Positions 18,045 to 26,302 of a stretch of 64,000 nucleotides of DNA are shown piece by piece (positions within the stretch are counted from its first letter, which is position 1; every line of letters begins with the position of its first letter). The translations under genes and the position numbers were made by a program. Source of the stretch: a virus. Under the pieces are notes generated by a model. That model was not told the DNA's origin. It made no database searches and was given only the letters and a program-made list of their open reading frames with translations. The stretch spans positions 12,367 to 76,366 of the IMG/VR virus record IMGVR_UViG_3300045738_001221; one strand, 5' to 3'.

Positions 18045-18551
18045 TTGAATAAATCCAGCGAATGGAGGCCTCAGATGATGTCAGAAAATATACCGATCCC
18101 CAGCGGATATAACGTTTATTGGGAAAAGTGGGTAGATGCTTACGAAACAGATGTCGAGAGTCTAGACAAGGAAGAAGAAGAGGAGGACTTTGGGGTTGAA
18201 GAGCTAGAGGTTTCCTTTGGGGCTCCTGAAGAAGATTTTGAAAACAATATTAAAAATATTCAAACTATCTTCACGCCGTTCGGAGTTCTACCGCTAACAG
18301 AACATTCCTTGGCCAGCAAGTACTTTAAGTTTTGGGTTGGTCACACAAACTTCAAAATAACACAGCCATTTAATTCTATCATATCTAACATAGAGGGGGT
18401 TGAGACACTGGACGTATTCACCCCCTACCGCTTCCGGATCTCCGTAGGAAAACTTTTCAGGGACAGAGATGTAATGGTTAGCATCAAAAATTCTATGGTA
18501 AGCCATATGGGAGGAACAAAAGACAACGGTCTCCCAACGGGGGAGAATTAG
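18045..18551 (+). CDS. hypothetical phage protein
   Basis: ORF in operon; FWVGHTNF and GVETLDVFTPYRFRISVGKLF look like conserved blocks. Confidence 0.65.
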   Translation: MNKSSEWRPQMMSENIPIPSGYNVYWEKWVDAYETDVESLDKEEEEEDFGVEELEVSFGAPEEDFENNIKNIQTIFTPFGVLPLTEHSLASKYFKFWVGHTNFKITQPFNSIISNIEGVETLDVFTPYRFRISVGKLFRDRDVMVSIKNSMVSHMGGTKDNGLPTGEN

Positions 18552-18575
18552 AATTGTCAGAAAAGATATAGAGAG

Positions 18576-19232
18576 ATGCATCTTGAATACTGCTGCTACA
18601 ACAAAAGGTTAGTTGGCAAAACAGAAACAGAAACACTGGAGATTTTCAAGTCCATAGGTCTTAATTTTTCAGGAGTATGTCTGCCACTGTGCCTGCTCAG
18701 GGAGATCCATAGAGACCTAGTTTACTTAGAAAACTTTACTATAGCGTGTCCAATCGACTATCCTCTTGGAATTGGAGACCGAAAGGTGAGGCAGCATGAA
18801 GCTCTCGTAGCCCTGAAGGGAGGAGCAAACACGCTAGATCTCGTAATGAACCCCTACTTGGCAAAAAAAGAAAAACACAAATTAATTAAAAAAGATATTT
18901 TGCCCATAATAGATATATCCAAAAGCCGCAATGCCCAAACCAGACTAATTATAAACTATGACCTATACGACCTACAGGATGCCATGCAAATAGCTGAGAC
19001 AGCCAGAGACGCGGGCATAGATACCATAATACCTTCCGGTGGTTTTAGAAACGACGACATATTTGATAACTTGCTTTTTTGTAATTCCGTAGAAGAAAAG
19101 CTAGGAGTCAACGCCATTTGCAGTGGAGGAATGTGGCTCAAAAAGCATTATGACGCCGCAATAAAATCAAAAATATTCGGACTTAGGATCTATTCCTTAC
19201 ACAACCAATTCAGTTTAGGTGTAAGTAATTAG
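18576..19232 (+). CDS. DeoC-like TIM-barrel protein lacking catalytic lysines
   Basis: IDYPLG, K..EA..AL.GGA..LDLVMN, AGIDTIIPSGGF (DeoC has GADFVKTSTGF), CSGGM. Confidence 0.7.
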   Translation: MHLEYCCYNKRLVGKTETETLEIFKSIGLNFSGVCLPLCLLREIHRDLVYLENFTIACPIDYPLGIGDRKVRQHEALVALKGGANTLDLVMNPYLAKKEKHKLIKKDILPIIDISKSRNAQTRLIINYDLYDLQDAMQIAETARDAGIDTIIPSGGFRNDDIFDNLLFCNSVEEKLGVNAICSGGMWLKKHYDAAIKSKIFGLRIYSLHNQFSLGVSN

Positions 19233-19302
19233 CAGGACAGGACTTAAAGTGTTTGGAAATACAGGAATATAATTCACCTCTATAATAAAAAAGAGGTATA
19301 TT

Positions 19303-19917
19303 ATGGCTTTTGTTACTAATCTTGCAGGTACGCTTAAGTACAACACTTATGTAGACGGCTCCCCTAGCGGTGTCGATAATGATCAAGGCAATATCAGAGC
19401 CGGAGGGACGATTGCTGAAACCGACCTCTGGACATCGTCCGCGCTTGGAGAAGAGGACCGTTTTGTTATCCTTTCTTCCGGGGCAGGCGGCACAACGGGT
19501 GTTATAGCTCCCAGCACAACAACCACCTTCAATCAATACGATCAATTTGAGGATATTGTTAAGGTTACCACCAGCTTGGCTGGAGTTTCCAACAATGCCC
19601 TATTGTTTGGTTCGAGTGATTCGGCGGAGGGCCCCTCCATTAATCAGCTTGCTGTTATGCGTATATCCGCATATAAACAGGCCATTGTCAATAACAAGTG
19701 GAATGAGTACAGTGGGGCGTGGGATACTGGCTATCCAGTTAACGCTACGTCTGGTGCTTTAAATATCATTGGTGGCGTTGATCAGTCGTCCAACCTAGTT
19801 GGCAACAAGACCGATAAGGCTGCTAATCCTTCGGCTGCGGAGCCGGGACACCTTACTTACACGTTTGGCGCTCCCCTTCCGACGACCGGTCTCTACGCAA
19901 GCAGAAGTATTTGGTAA
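19303..19917 (+). CDS. hypothetical Gly/Ser/Thr-rich protein, possibly virion structural
   Basis: GAGGT RBS; own terminator; composition typical of beta-rich virion proteins. Confidence 0.6.
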   Translation: MAFVTNLAGTLKYNTYVDGSPSGVDNDQGNIRAGGTIAETDLWTSSALGEEDRFVILSSGAGGTTGVIAPSTTTTFNQYDQFEDIVKVTTSLAGVSNNALLFGSSDSAEGPSINQLAVMRISAYKQAIVNNKWNEYSGAWDTGYPVNATSGALNIIGGVDQSSNLVGNKTDKAANPSAAEPGHLTYTFGAPLPTTGLYASRSIW

Positions 19918-19928
19918 AGTTTTGACGC

Positions 19929-19962
19929 GCCCTCACCCCCTTCGGGGGGTAGGGTGTTTTTT
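19929..19962 (+). terminator. intrinsic terminator
   Basis: ccct-c-accccc-TTCG-gggggt-aggg followed by a T-run. Confidence 0.85.
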
Positions 19963-19985
19963 AAACCCATAAACGAAAGGCAAAC

Positions 19986-20306
19986 ATGAAGAGCGCTTTG
20001 CTAGCATTTTTACCTCCGCTGTTAGCAGCCTCCGATGCAATCCCCGGCTTTCAGTGGGGGACCATTTCTGCAACGGCTCTTCTGGGTTGGTATTTGTGGT
20101 ACACAACGAAGGTTGTTTTCCCCCACCAGCGCAAAGAAGTTTCCGAAATGCAAGAAAAGTATGTCGAGCAGCTTACCTCGCAAAGAGGCCACTACGAAGA
20201 CCTCCTAGAGGACTTGCAGGCTCGACATGACGGACGTCACCAGCAAATAGTGGATACTCTTGACAAAATAAGTCAATGCTTAGAAACGAAAAAGAGAAAC
20301 CAGTAG
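19986..20306 (+). CDS. membrane-anchored coiled-coil protein (BhlA/holin-like)
   Basis: Hydrophobic helix ATALLGWYLWY followed by a helical charged tail. Confidence 0.5.
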   Translation: MKSALLAFLPPLLAASDAIPGFQWGTISATALLGWYLWYTTKVVFPHQRKEVSEMQEKYVEQLTSQRGHYEDLLEDLQARHDGRHQQIVDTLDKISQCLETKKRNQ

Positions 20307-20355
20307 TATAATTATAAAAGGTACCGATTTTTAACCTTCATAAGGAGAATTAGAG

Positions 20356-20529
20356 ATGGTAGATAAGATCAAGGCGATGCTGAAGTCTCGCCGGTTTTGG
20401 GCGGCTGTAGGCAGCGTCCTAGTTGTATGTCTACAGGATACTCTCGGTCTTCCTGAGGGAACGGCCAATACCATTGTTGCCGTTGGCGTCGCATGGATAG
20501 TTGGCGACTCGCTCAGGTCAACAGAATAA
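20356..20529 (+). CDS. small two-TM holin-like protein (57 aa, not in ORF track)
   Basis: AAGGAG RBS; MVDKIKAMLKSRRFWAAVGSVLVVCLQDTLGLPEGTANTIVAVGVAWIVGDSLRSTE; KSRxFW is common in small phage holins. Confidence 0.65.
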   Translation: MVDKIKAMLKSRRFWAAVGSVLVVCLQDTLGLPEGTANTIVAVGVAWIVGDSLRSTE

Positions 20530-20543
20530 AATGGACTTTATAT

Positions 20544-20582
20544 AAAAGAGAGGGGGGGGGATTTTCGTCTCCCCCTTTTTTA
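20544..20582 (+). terminator. intrinsic terminator
   Basis: G-run/C-run hairpin followed by a T-run. Confidence 0.7.
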
Positions 20583-20654
20583 TTCCCAACCAAATTTTAA
20601 CACAAAAATAACCTTAAGAGTATCCTAATGATTGTTCCGAGGTGTATAATATGT

Positions 20655-20855
20655 TAGATCAGAGACCATAAAGAACGGAAGTCGCACTTCTTCAAAGTAG
20701 CGATCTCTTGTTAAAGCGGCACACCTCTGATTTAAAGTCTATTCTCAGAACCACATAGTAAAAGATAGAACGTAGATGTTACATACAGTACAGCGTGGTT
20801 TCGGCAGAATGGTAAAACGTGCCGCTTTTTTAAATCTATTAAACGACGACTTTTA
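20655..20855 (+). ncRNA. candidate structured RNA or leader with long-range pseudoknot
   Basis: Starts just after GTGTATAAT (20642-20650). Pairings 20655-64/20725-34, 20713-22/20819-28 (perfect 10 bp), 20734-39/20848-53, plus nested hairpins. Confidence 0.5.
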
Positions 20856-20863
20856 GAGGAACA

Positions 20864-21076
20864 ATGATGTTTGATAAGGAGAAGGACAAGCTGTCGCCCA
20901 AGTTTGAAATAAATTTTATACTGAGAGACAAAGATGGAAAGCCTACCGGTAAAACAAAGACCTTCTCCTCTGAAGAAGGTAATGAATTAGCTAAATTCTA
21001 CAATAGGCATCAAGCCTACAAAGCTAAAGGTCGCAAGGGGCGTAAGGGAACTGGAAACGGAAAAGGCAAGGGGTAG
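20864..21076 (+). CDS. small basic hypothetical protein
   Basis: GAGGA RBS; Gly/Lys-rich tail. Confidence 0.6.
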   Translation: MMFDKEKDKLSPKFEINFILRDKDGKPTGKTKTFSSEEGNELAKFYNRHQAYKAKGRKGRKGTGNGKGKG

Positions 21077-21162
21077 GCAAGGACGCTTTCTCATAAAAAT
21101 TCAACGGAAGCCGCGTGGTTTATATAGTAGTTAGTGGGAATTTTATATGAGGACAATGGTGG

Positions 21163-23346
21163 ATGTCAATTAGATCGCTGATGGATTACAGCTTCGTTTC
21201 TAAATATGCAAGGTGGATACCAGAAAAAAGCAGAAGGGAGACTTGGCGGGAGTCAGTTAACCGAGTAATGGATATGATGTACGAAAAGTACCCCGAAGTT
21301 AACGGGGATATTGCTTGGGCATACAGCATGATGCATAAAAAAAGGGTGCTTGGTTCCCAGAGGGCGTTGCAGTTTGGCGGAAAACCAATCTTTAAGCATA
21401 ACGCTAGGATGTACAACTGCATTGCTTCGTACATCGACAGGGTGAGGTTTTTTCAAGAGTGCATGTATCTGCTTCTTTGTGGCTGCGGAACTGGATTCTC
21501 TGTTCAGCGACACCACATTGACAAGCTTCCCAGTCTAGTTAAGGAAAAATCTGGGACAAAAAAGTTTACTATTCCTGACAGCATAGAGGGCTGGTCTGAT
21601 GCCATTGGGGTGCTTGTTTCTAGCTATTTTCAGCAAAAAGATTTATTCCCAGAATACAAGGGTAAAAATATAAGCTTTGATTTTTCTCAGATTAGACCAG
21701 CGGGGTCGTTTTTAAGCTCTAGTTCAGGAAAGGCTCCCGGACCAGAGCCCCTCAAGAATGCCCTCTCCAATGTAAAAAGGGTTCTGGATAGGGCGATCAA
21801 AGAGAGCAGCCCCGGATCGAGGAGACTAAAGCCCATTGATGCATACGACGTTGTTATGCACAGTGCAGACGCTGTAATCAGCGGTGGAGTTCGACGCAGT
21901 GCAACGATATGCTTGTTCTCCCCACAAGACGAGGAAATGGCTAAGGCTAAAACGGGAAACTGGTTTCACGAAAATCCACAGCGCGGAAGATCAAACAACT
22001 CTGCACTCCTCCTTAGGGAAAAGACAACTCAAAGGCAGTTTTCCAAATTGATGCAATCCGTTCGTGAGTTCGGGGAGCCGGGTTTTGTGTGGTCAGACTC
22101 CACAGAACTTATCGTCAATCCCTGTGTTGAAATTGGACTCTACCCAGTAGACGAAGAGACCGGAGAGACAGGCTGGCAGGCGTGCAATCTAAGTACAGTC
22201 AACTGCTCTAAGATAGAAACAGAAAGCGACTTCTACGAATCTTGCCGAGCCGCAGCAATCATAGGGACGCTTCAGGCAGGCTTTGGAAACTTTCCATATC
22301 TTGGTGAAGTTAGTGAACGTATTATATCCAGAGAGGCTCTGCTGGGGGTTTCTATGACAGGAATTATGGATTGCCCCGGAATATGTCTTGACCCAGAAGT
22401 TCAGGTGCGTGGTGCCAAAGTGGTAAGAGATGCCAATCGAGAGATGGCAAAAAAGATAGGAATAAATATAGCCGCTAGAACAACTTGCATCAAACCAGAA
22501 GGCACAACGTCATGCGTACTCGGAACCAGCAGTGGAATACACCCTCACCATGCCAAGAGATACATAAGGCGTGTTCAAACAAACAAAATGGAACCAATAT
22601 ATCAATACTTTAAAACCGTGAACCCAAGGGCTTGCGAAGAATCTGTGTGGTCTAATAATGACAGCGATGAAGTGATAGAATTTTGCATAGAGGTTGCTCC
22701 GGGGTCTAAAACAAAAAACCAAATCAGCGCACTAGAGCTATTGGACTATGTAAAGTCGGCCCAAAAAAACTGGGTAATTCCCGGCACGAACAAAAGCAAA
22801 TGCGTAAAGCCTTGGATTACACACAATGTATCCAATACAATCAATGTTAAGTCCGACGAATGGGATGAGATAGAGACTTTTATATACAAAAATAGAAACT
22901 TTTTTTGTGGCATATCACTCCTTCCAATCACTGGAGACAAAGACTATCCTCAAGCACCATTTACTGCAATTTACTTGCCAAGCGAGCAAGTGGGACACTA
23001 TGGGGACGCATCATTATTCGCTAGCGGCCTAATAGAAGTGGCCTTGGATCTATGGGAGGACAACCTGTGGGCAGCCTGCGACGCACTGCTCGGCCGGGGG
23101 AAAAGACCAAAGGGTGCATCCAAAAAGAAATGGATAGCAAGATGCAAAAAGTTTGCCGATAGATACTTTGAGGGAGACATAAGGAAGCTAACTTATTGTA
23201 TGAAGGATGTTTACAACTGGAAAGAATGGGTTGATCTCAACAGAGAATACAAAGCCGTGGATTATACACAGGTAATAGAAAAAGAAAACAACGTTGTACC
23301 GGAGCGGGAATGGGCCTGTGCCGGAGGAACTTGTGATATAATTTAA
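21163..23346 (+). CDS. nrdJ: class II (adenosylcobalamin-dependent) ribonucleotide reductase
   Basis: KYARW..RRETW, YNC, GCGTGFSV, GGVRRSA, NPCVEI, CNL, TTCIKPEGTTS, HNVSNTI, C-terminal CAGGTC; no beta-subunit gene adjacent. Confidence 0.9.
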   Translation: MSIRSLMDYSFVSKYARWIPEKSRRETWRESVNRVMDMMYEKYPEVNGDIAWAYSMMHKKRVLGSQRALQFGGKPIFKHNARMYNCIASYIDRVRFFQECMYLLLCGCGTGFSVQRHHIDKLPSLVKEKSGTKKFTIPDSIEGWSDAIGVLVSSYFQQKDLFPEYKGKNISFDFSQIRPAGSFLSSSSGKAPGPEPLKNALSNVKRVLDRAIKESSPGSRRLKPIDAYDVVMHSADAVISGGVRRSATICLFSPQDEEMAKAKTGNWFHENPQRGRSNNSALLLREKTTQRQFSKLMQSVREFGEPGFVWSDSTELIVNPCVEIGLYPVDEETGETGWQACNLSTVNCSKIETESDFYESCRAAAIIGTLQAGFGNFPYLGEVSERIISREALLGVSMTGIMDCPGICLDPEVQVRGAKVVRDANREMAKKIGINIAARTTCIKPEGTTSCVLGTSSGIHPHHAKRYIRRVQTNKMEPIYQYFKTVNPRACEESVWSNNDSDEVIEFCIEVAPGSKTKNQISALELLDYVKSAQKNWVIPGTNKSKCVKPWITHNVSNTINVKSDEWDEIETFIYKNRNFFCGISLLPITGDKDYPQAPFTAIYLPSEQVGHYGDASLFASGLIEVALDLWEDNLWAACDALLGRGKRPKGASKKKWIARCKKFADRYFEGDIRKLTYCMKDVYNWKEWVDLNREYKAVDYTQVIEKENNVVPEREWACAGGTCDII

Positions 23347-23371
23347 TTATTTATATAGGAAAAAACAGAGC

Positions 23372-23833
23372 ATGACCGTCAGGCCCCCGTGGGATCAATA
23401 TTTTATGGGGCTTGCCCACTACACCTCTATACGAAGTCACGACGAACAAACCAAGGTTGGTTGTGTCATTGTAAATAATGAAAACCATGTCCTAAGCATG
23501 GGGTATAACGGTTTCCCAAAGGGGGTTGATGACTCCGATCTACCCACGAAAAGGCCCGAAAAGTACCCATTTATGGTACACGCAGAGGAAAACGCCGTGT
23601 CCAATCTAGTTACAATTAGCGGGGATGAGCTTAAAATATATCTCACTCACTATCCGTGTCATCGCTGTGCAAAGCTTTTATGGCAAAATAATGTCAAGAA
23701 ATGGTTCGTCGAAGAGAAAAATCTGGTTGTTTCCTATACAAACGACGATAGAAAGGTGTATAATTTATTGGTGGATAACGGTTTGAAAATCGTTGAGATA
23801 TGCACACATTCCTCTTTAATCATAGGAAGCTAA
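23372..23833 (+). CDS. dCMP deaminase
   Basis: WDQYFM, VGCVIV, GYNGFP, HAEENA, PCHRC. Confidence 0.93.
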   Translation: MTVRPPWDQYFMGLAHYTSIRSHDEQTKVGCVIVNNENHVLSMGYNGFPKGVDDSDLPTKRPEKYPFMVHAEENAVSNLVTISGDELKIYLTHYPCHRCAKLLWQNNVKKWFVEEKNLVVSYTNDDRKVYNLLVDNGLKIVEICTHSSLIIGS

Positions 23834-23834
23834 A

Positions 23835-25085
23835 ATGCTAGACTTTTATTCAAACAGACGTGACTTTCTAAGGATAGGCAGTATTGGAGCAGGGATGTCC
23901 GCTCTAGGGCTTTCTGATATTGCTATGGGTCAGGAAGAGGCGCAAGAACTTAAAGATAGCTCTGTCGTGTGGGTATGGCTTGGGGGAGGCCCAACACAAT
24001 TTGAAACATTCCACGCCCCAAAGGAAGACAGTGTTCCCTCTGAATACAGATCTGTGGGCGGCGCTTTGGTGGACAAGCCAACCGGAATGGCCTTTGGTTC
24101 TCATTGGCAAAACCTGATTAAGCAGGCCCCCAAGCTGAATGTAGTAGACTCCTTCACTCACGGAGACTCTTCTCACAGGCAGGCTACTCACTGGGTAATG
24201 ACTTCCCACTACAACAAAGAACGAAGTCAAACATCTAACTCTATGTTCCCATCTCATGGGTCTATTGTGTCTGCTGTCTATGGTGCCAACAACCCCAAAA
24301 ACGGAGTTCCTACATATGTTAAACAGGGCAGGATAGAAGGTGAAGATCCAGCGTGGTTGGGCGGAGCATACAAACCCTTCGACCCTTCAAATAAAGACAA
24401 CCTAACCCCCAGAGTAGACATTGAGAGATTTACAAATAGAAATGAACTATTAAAGTCTCTTGCGGGTGTTAATATTCCTAGTCCATCAGCAGACTCTGTT
24501 ACCAAATTCAATCAGCAGGCATTTGATGTAATCCTTGGAACAGCTAAAGACGCATTCAACTTGGACAAAGAAGATACAAAAATGAAGGAGGCTTATGGCG
24601 ACACCCCAATTGGGAAACAACTCCTTCTTGCTCGGCGTCTATGTCAGTTTGGAACAAGGTTTGTTACTATCAATTATGGTGGTTGGGACATGCATGGCAA
24701 CATCGCAAACGCACTTAAGGGAAGAGTTCCCCCTATCGACAAAGCTCTTGCGGCTTTTGTAGAAGACGTGCAGCAAAGAGGTCTTAATGAAAAGATTCTC
24801 TTGATTGTCACTGGTGAATTTGGCCGTACCAAACTTAACGCCAATGCGGGCCGCGATCATTGGCCCTCGATTTCCACAATGCTTATGTCGGGTGGAAGAT
24901 ATGACAGCGGTAGGGTTATAGGGAAGGCCGATAAGTCTTATACTCCATCGGAAAGTCCCTTTGGGCCTATCGATGTAGCTGCTACTATGTTTGATCATTT
25001 TGGCATTAATAAGAATATTCAGAGGGTTGACAATGGGGGTCGTCCAAGATATTTGCTGGAAGGTGAAGCGAAAGTTATTTTATAA
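23835..25085 (+). CDS. DUF1501 family protein with Tat signal
   Basis: RRDFLRIG signal; WLGGGPTQFETF, LLLARRL..G.RFV, GGWDMH, GEFGRT, GRDHWP. Confidence 0.9.
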   Translation: MLDFYSNRRDFLRIGSIGAGMSALGLSDIAMGQEEAQELKDSSVVWVWLGGGPTQFETFHAPKEDSVPSEYRSVGGALVDKPTGMAFGSHWQNLIKQAPKLNVVDSFTHGDSSHRQATHWVMTSHYNKERSQTSNSMFPSHGSIVSAVYGANNPKNGVPTYVKQGRIEGEDPAWLGGAYKPFDPSNKDNLTPRVDIERFTNRNELLKSLAGVNIPSPSADSVTKFNQQAFDVILGTAKDAFNLDKEDTKMKEAYGDTPIGKQLLLARRLCQFGTRFVTINYGGWDMHGNIANALKGRVPPIDKALAAFVEDVQQRGLNEKILLIVTGEFGRTKLNANAGRDHWPSISTMLMSGGRYDSGRVIGKADKSYTPSESPFGPIDVAATMFDHFGINKNIQRVDNGGRPRYLLEGEAKVIL

Positions 25086-25255
25086 TGAATAAATATATGC
25101 AAGCTGTCTATGAATATGTAAAGTCCAAGACTTACTATGCGTATGAAGACCCTAGAACTGGGGAGATTTATTATTATAAAAGAAAGGGAGTATACAGAAA
25201 GAATGGGCGTGTCCTTGTTCTAGCAAAAGACTCCGAAGGAGGATCTAGTAAATGA
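25085..25255 (+). CDS. small Tyr-rich hypothetical protein (56 aa, not in ORF track)
   Basis: TAATG coupling upstream and ATGA coupling downstream. Confidence 0.55.
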   Translation: MNKYMQAVYEYVKSKTYYAYEDPRTGEIYYYKRKGVYRKNGRVLVLAKDSEGGSSK

Positions 25256-25467
25256 CAATTATGCTAAGAAAAGCAGCACTTCTGCTTGGTGTGTTTGGCG
25301 TCGGTGCGTGGCTAATGTACTCAGCCCAAAATGGAAATTATGAAAGGCAAGACCTTCTCAAAGGAATAGCCTTGTGGTCACTTATTGGTTCCTTTGGACT
25401 ATACATATGTTCGACGGGATTACTCAAGTTTCATAGTCGAACTGTTGATAGGAAGGATAACCAATGA
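25252..25467 (+). CDS. small membrane protein
   Basis: GGAGG RBS; two hydrophobic segments. Confidence 0.6.
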   Translation: MTIMLRKAALLLGVFGVGAWLMYSAQNGNYERQDLLKGIALWSLIGSFGLYICSTGLLKFHSRTVDRKDNQ

Positions 25468-25787
25468 CAATTAAGTTAACAGAATCCGCAGGAGCAGAGG
25501 CTAAGAAATATCTTGAAGATACCGAAGAAAAGTATCTAAGGATTGCCGTGGAGGGCGGTGGATGCTCTGGCTTTCAGTATAATTTAACAGTAGTCGATGA
25601 CTACGATGAAGAAAAAGATACACTGTCTAATCAACATGGCGTAGACGTTATCGTAGACAAGAAAAGCGATCTATACTTAGATGGCACCACCTTAGATTAT
25701 TATACCGACATTTCCAAGCGTGGTTTTATGTTTGACAACCCAAACGCAGTTAAATCCTGTGGTTGCGGAAGCAGTTTTCAGGTATAA
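25464..25787 (+). CDS. iscA: A-type Fe-S cluster carrier (IscA/ErpA/HesB)
   Basis: [38 protein letters not shown]. Confidence 0.95.
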   Translation: MTIKLTESAGAEAKKYLEDTEEKYLRIAVEGGGCSGFQYNLTVVDDYDEEKDTLSNQHGVDVIVDKKSDLYLDGTTLDYYTDISKRGFMFDNPNAVKSCGCGSSFQV

Positions 25788-25822
25788 ATTTAATTTTTAA
25801 AAGCAAAAATGGGAGATATACA

Positions 25823-25993
25823 ATGGTAGAAAAAAAGAAAAGAAGCAAGTTTAAGATCATGCTTATAGCATTGGGAATTGCCGCAATTATAATCTTTAGT
25901 AGTCCCAAATATAAGGCTAAGTTCTTAGAGATAATCGGAATGGGTGGAGATACTTCCGGTGAAGTGGAGGCCCCAGAGGAAAACGAGGAATAA
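25823..25993 (+). CDS. small single-TM protein
   Basis: GGGAG RBS; basic N-terminus, hydrophobic helix, acidic tail. Confidence 0.6.
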   Translation: MVEKKKRSKFKIMLIALGIAAIIIFSSPKYKAKFLEIIGMGGDTSGEVEAPEENEE

Positions 25994-26017
25994 AAGAAAC
26001 CTAAAAGGAGATAAGTT

Positions 26018-26302
26018 ATGGTTAAACTAGGAGATTGGTTACAAAGAACGGAATGTCCGCTTGCGGGGAAAGCTCCGTTTGACTGACATGAATATTCTAT
26101 CGCACAGGTTGTGCGTATTGACAAGGAGTATGTTGAGGTCAACTTTGCTTGTAACTGCATGACCTTCGACAGTAGTAATACAAAAATGTGGTATCATGGA
26201 GAATATAAGCCCATCGACGACGAATCTTATGTAACACATAAGAAATCCCACGATAGTTGCTGCCTATTTGATAAAGAATTAGAGATTGAATATGCAGCGT
26301 AG
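26018..26302 (+). CDS. candidate selenoprotein, 94 aa, in-frame TGA (Sec?) at codon 23 (26084-26086)
   Basis: AAAAGGAG RBS and ATG 26018, in frame with track ORF 26111..26302 except for one TGA; SECIS-like hairpin follows. Confidence 0.65.
26098..26117 (+). promoter_or_regulatory. bacterial SECIS-like stem-loop
   Basis: TA-(T bulge)-CGCACA-GGT-TGTGCG-TA starts 11 nt after the TGA; G-first GGU apical loop and bulged U as in E. coli fdhF SECIS. Confidence 0.65.

Noticed and set aside
20655-21162. Cobalamin riboswitch or NrdR box upstream of nrdJ
   Set aside because: B12-box and GGGAA/GCCACTG elements were not found; only a partial NrdR-like half-site (TATATAGTAG near 21121) is present.
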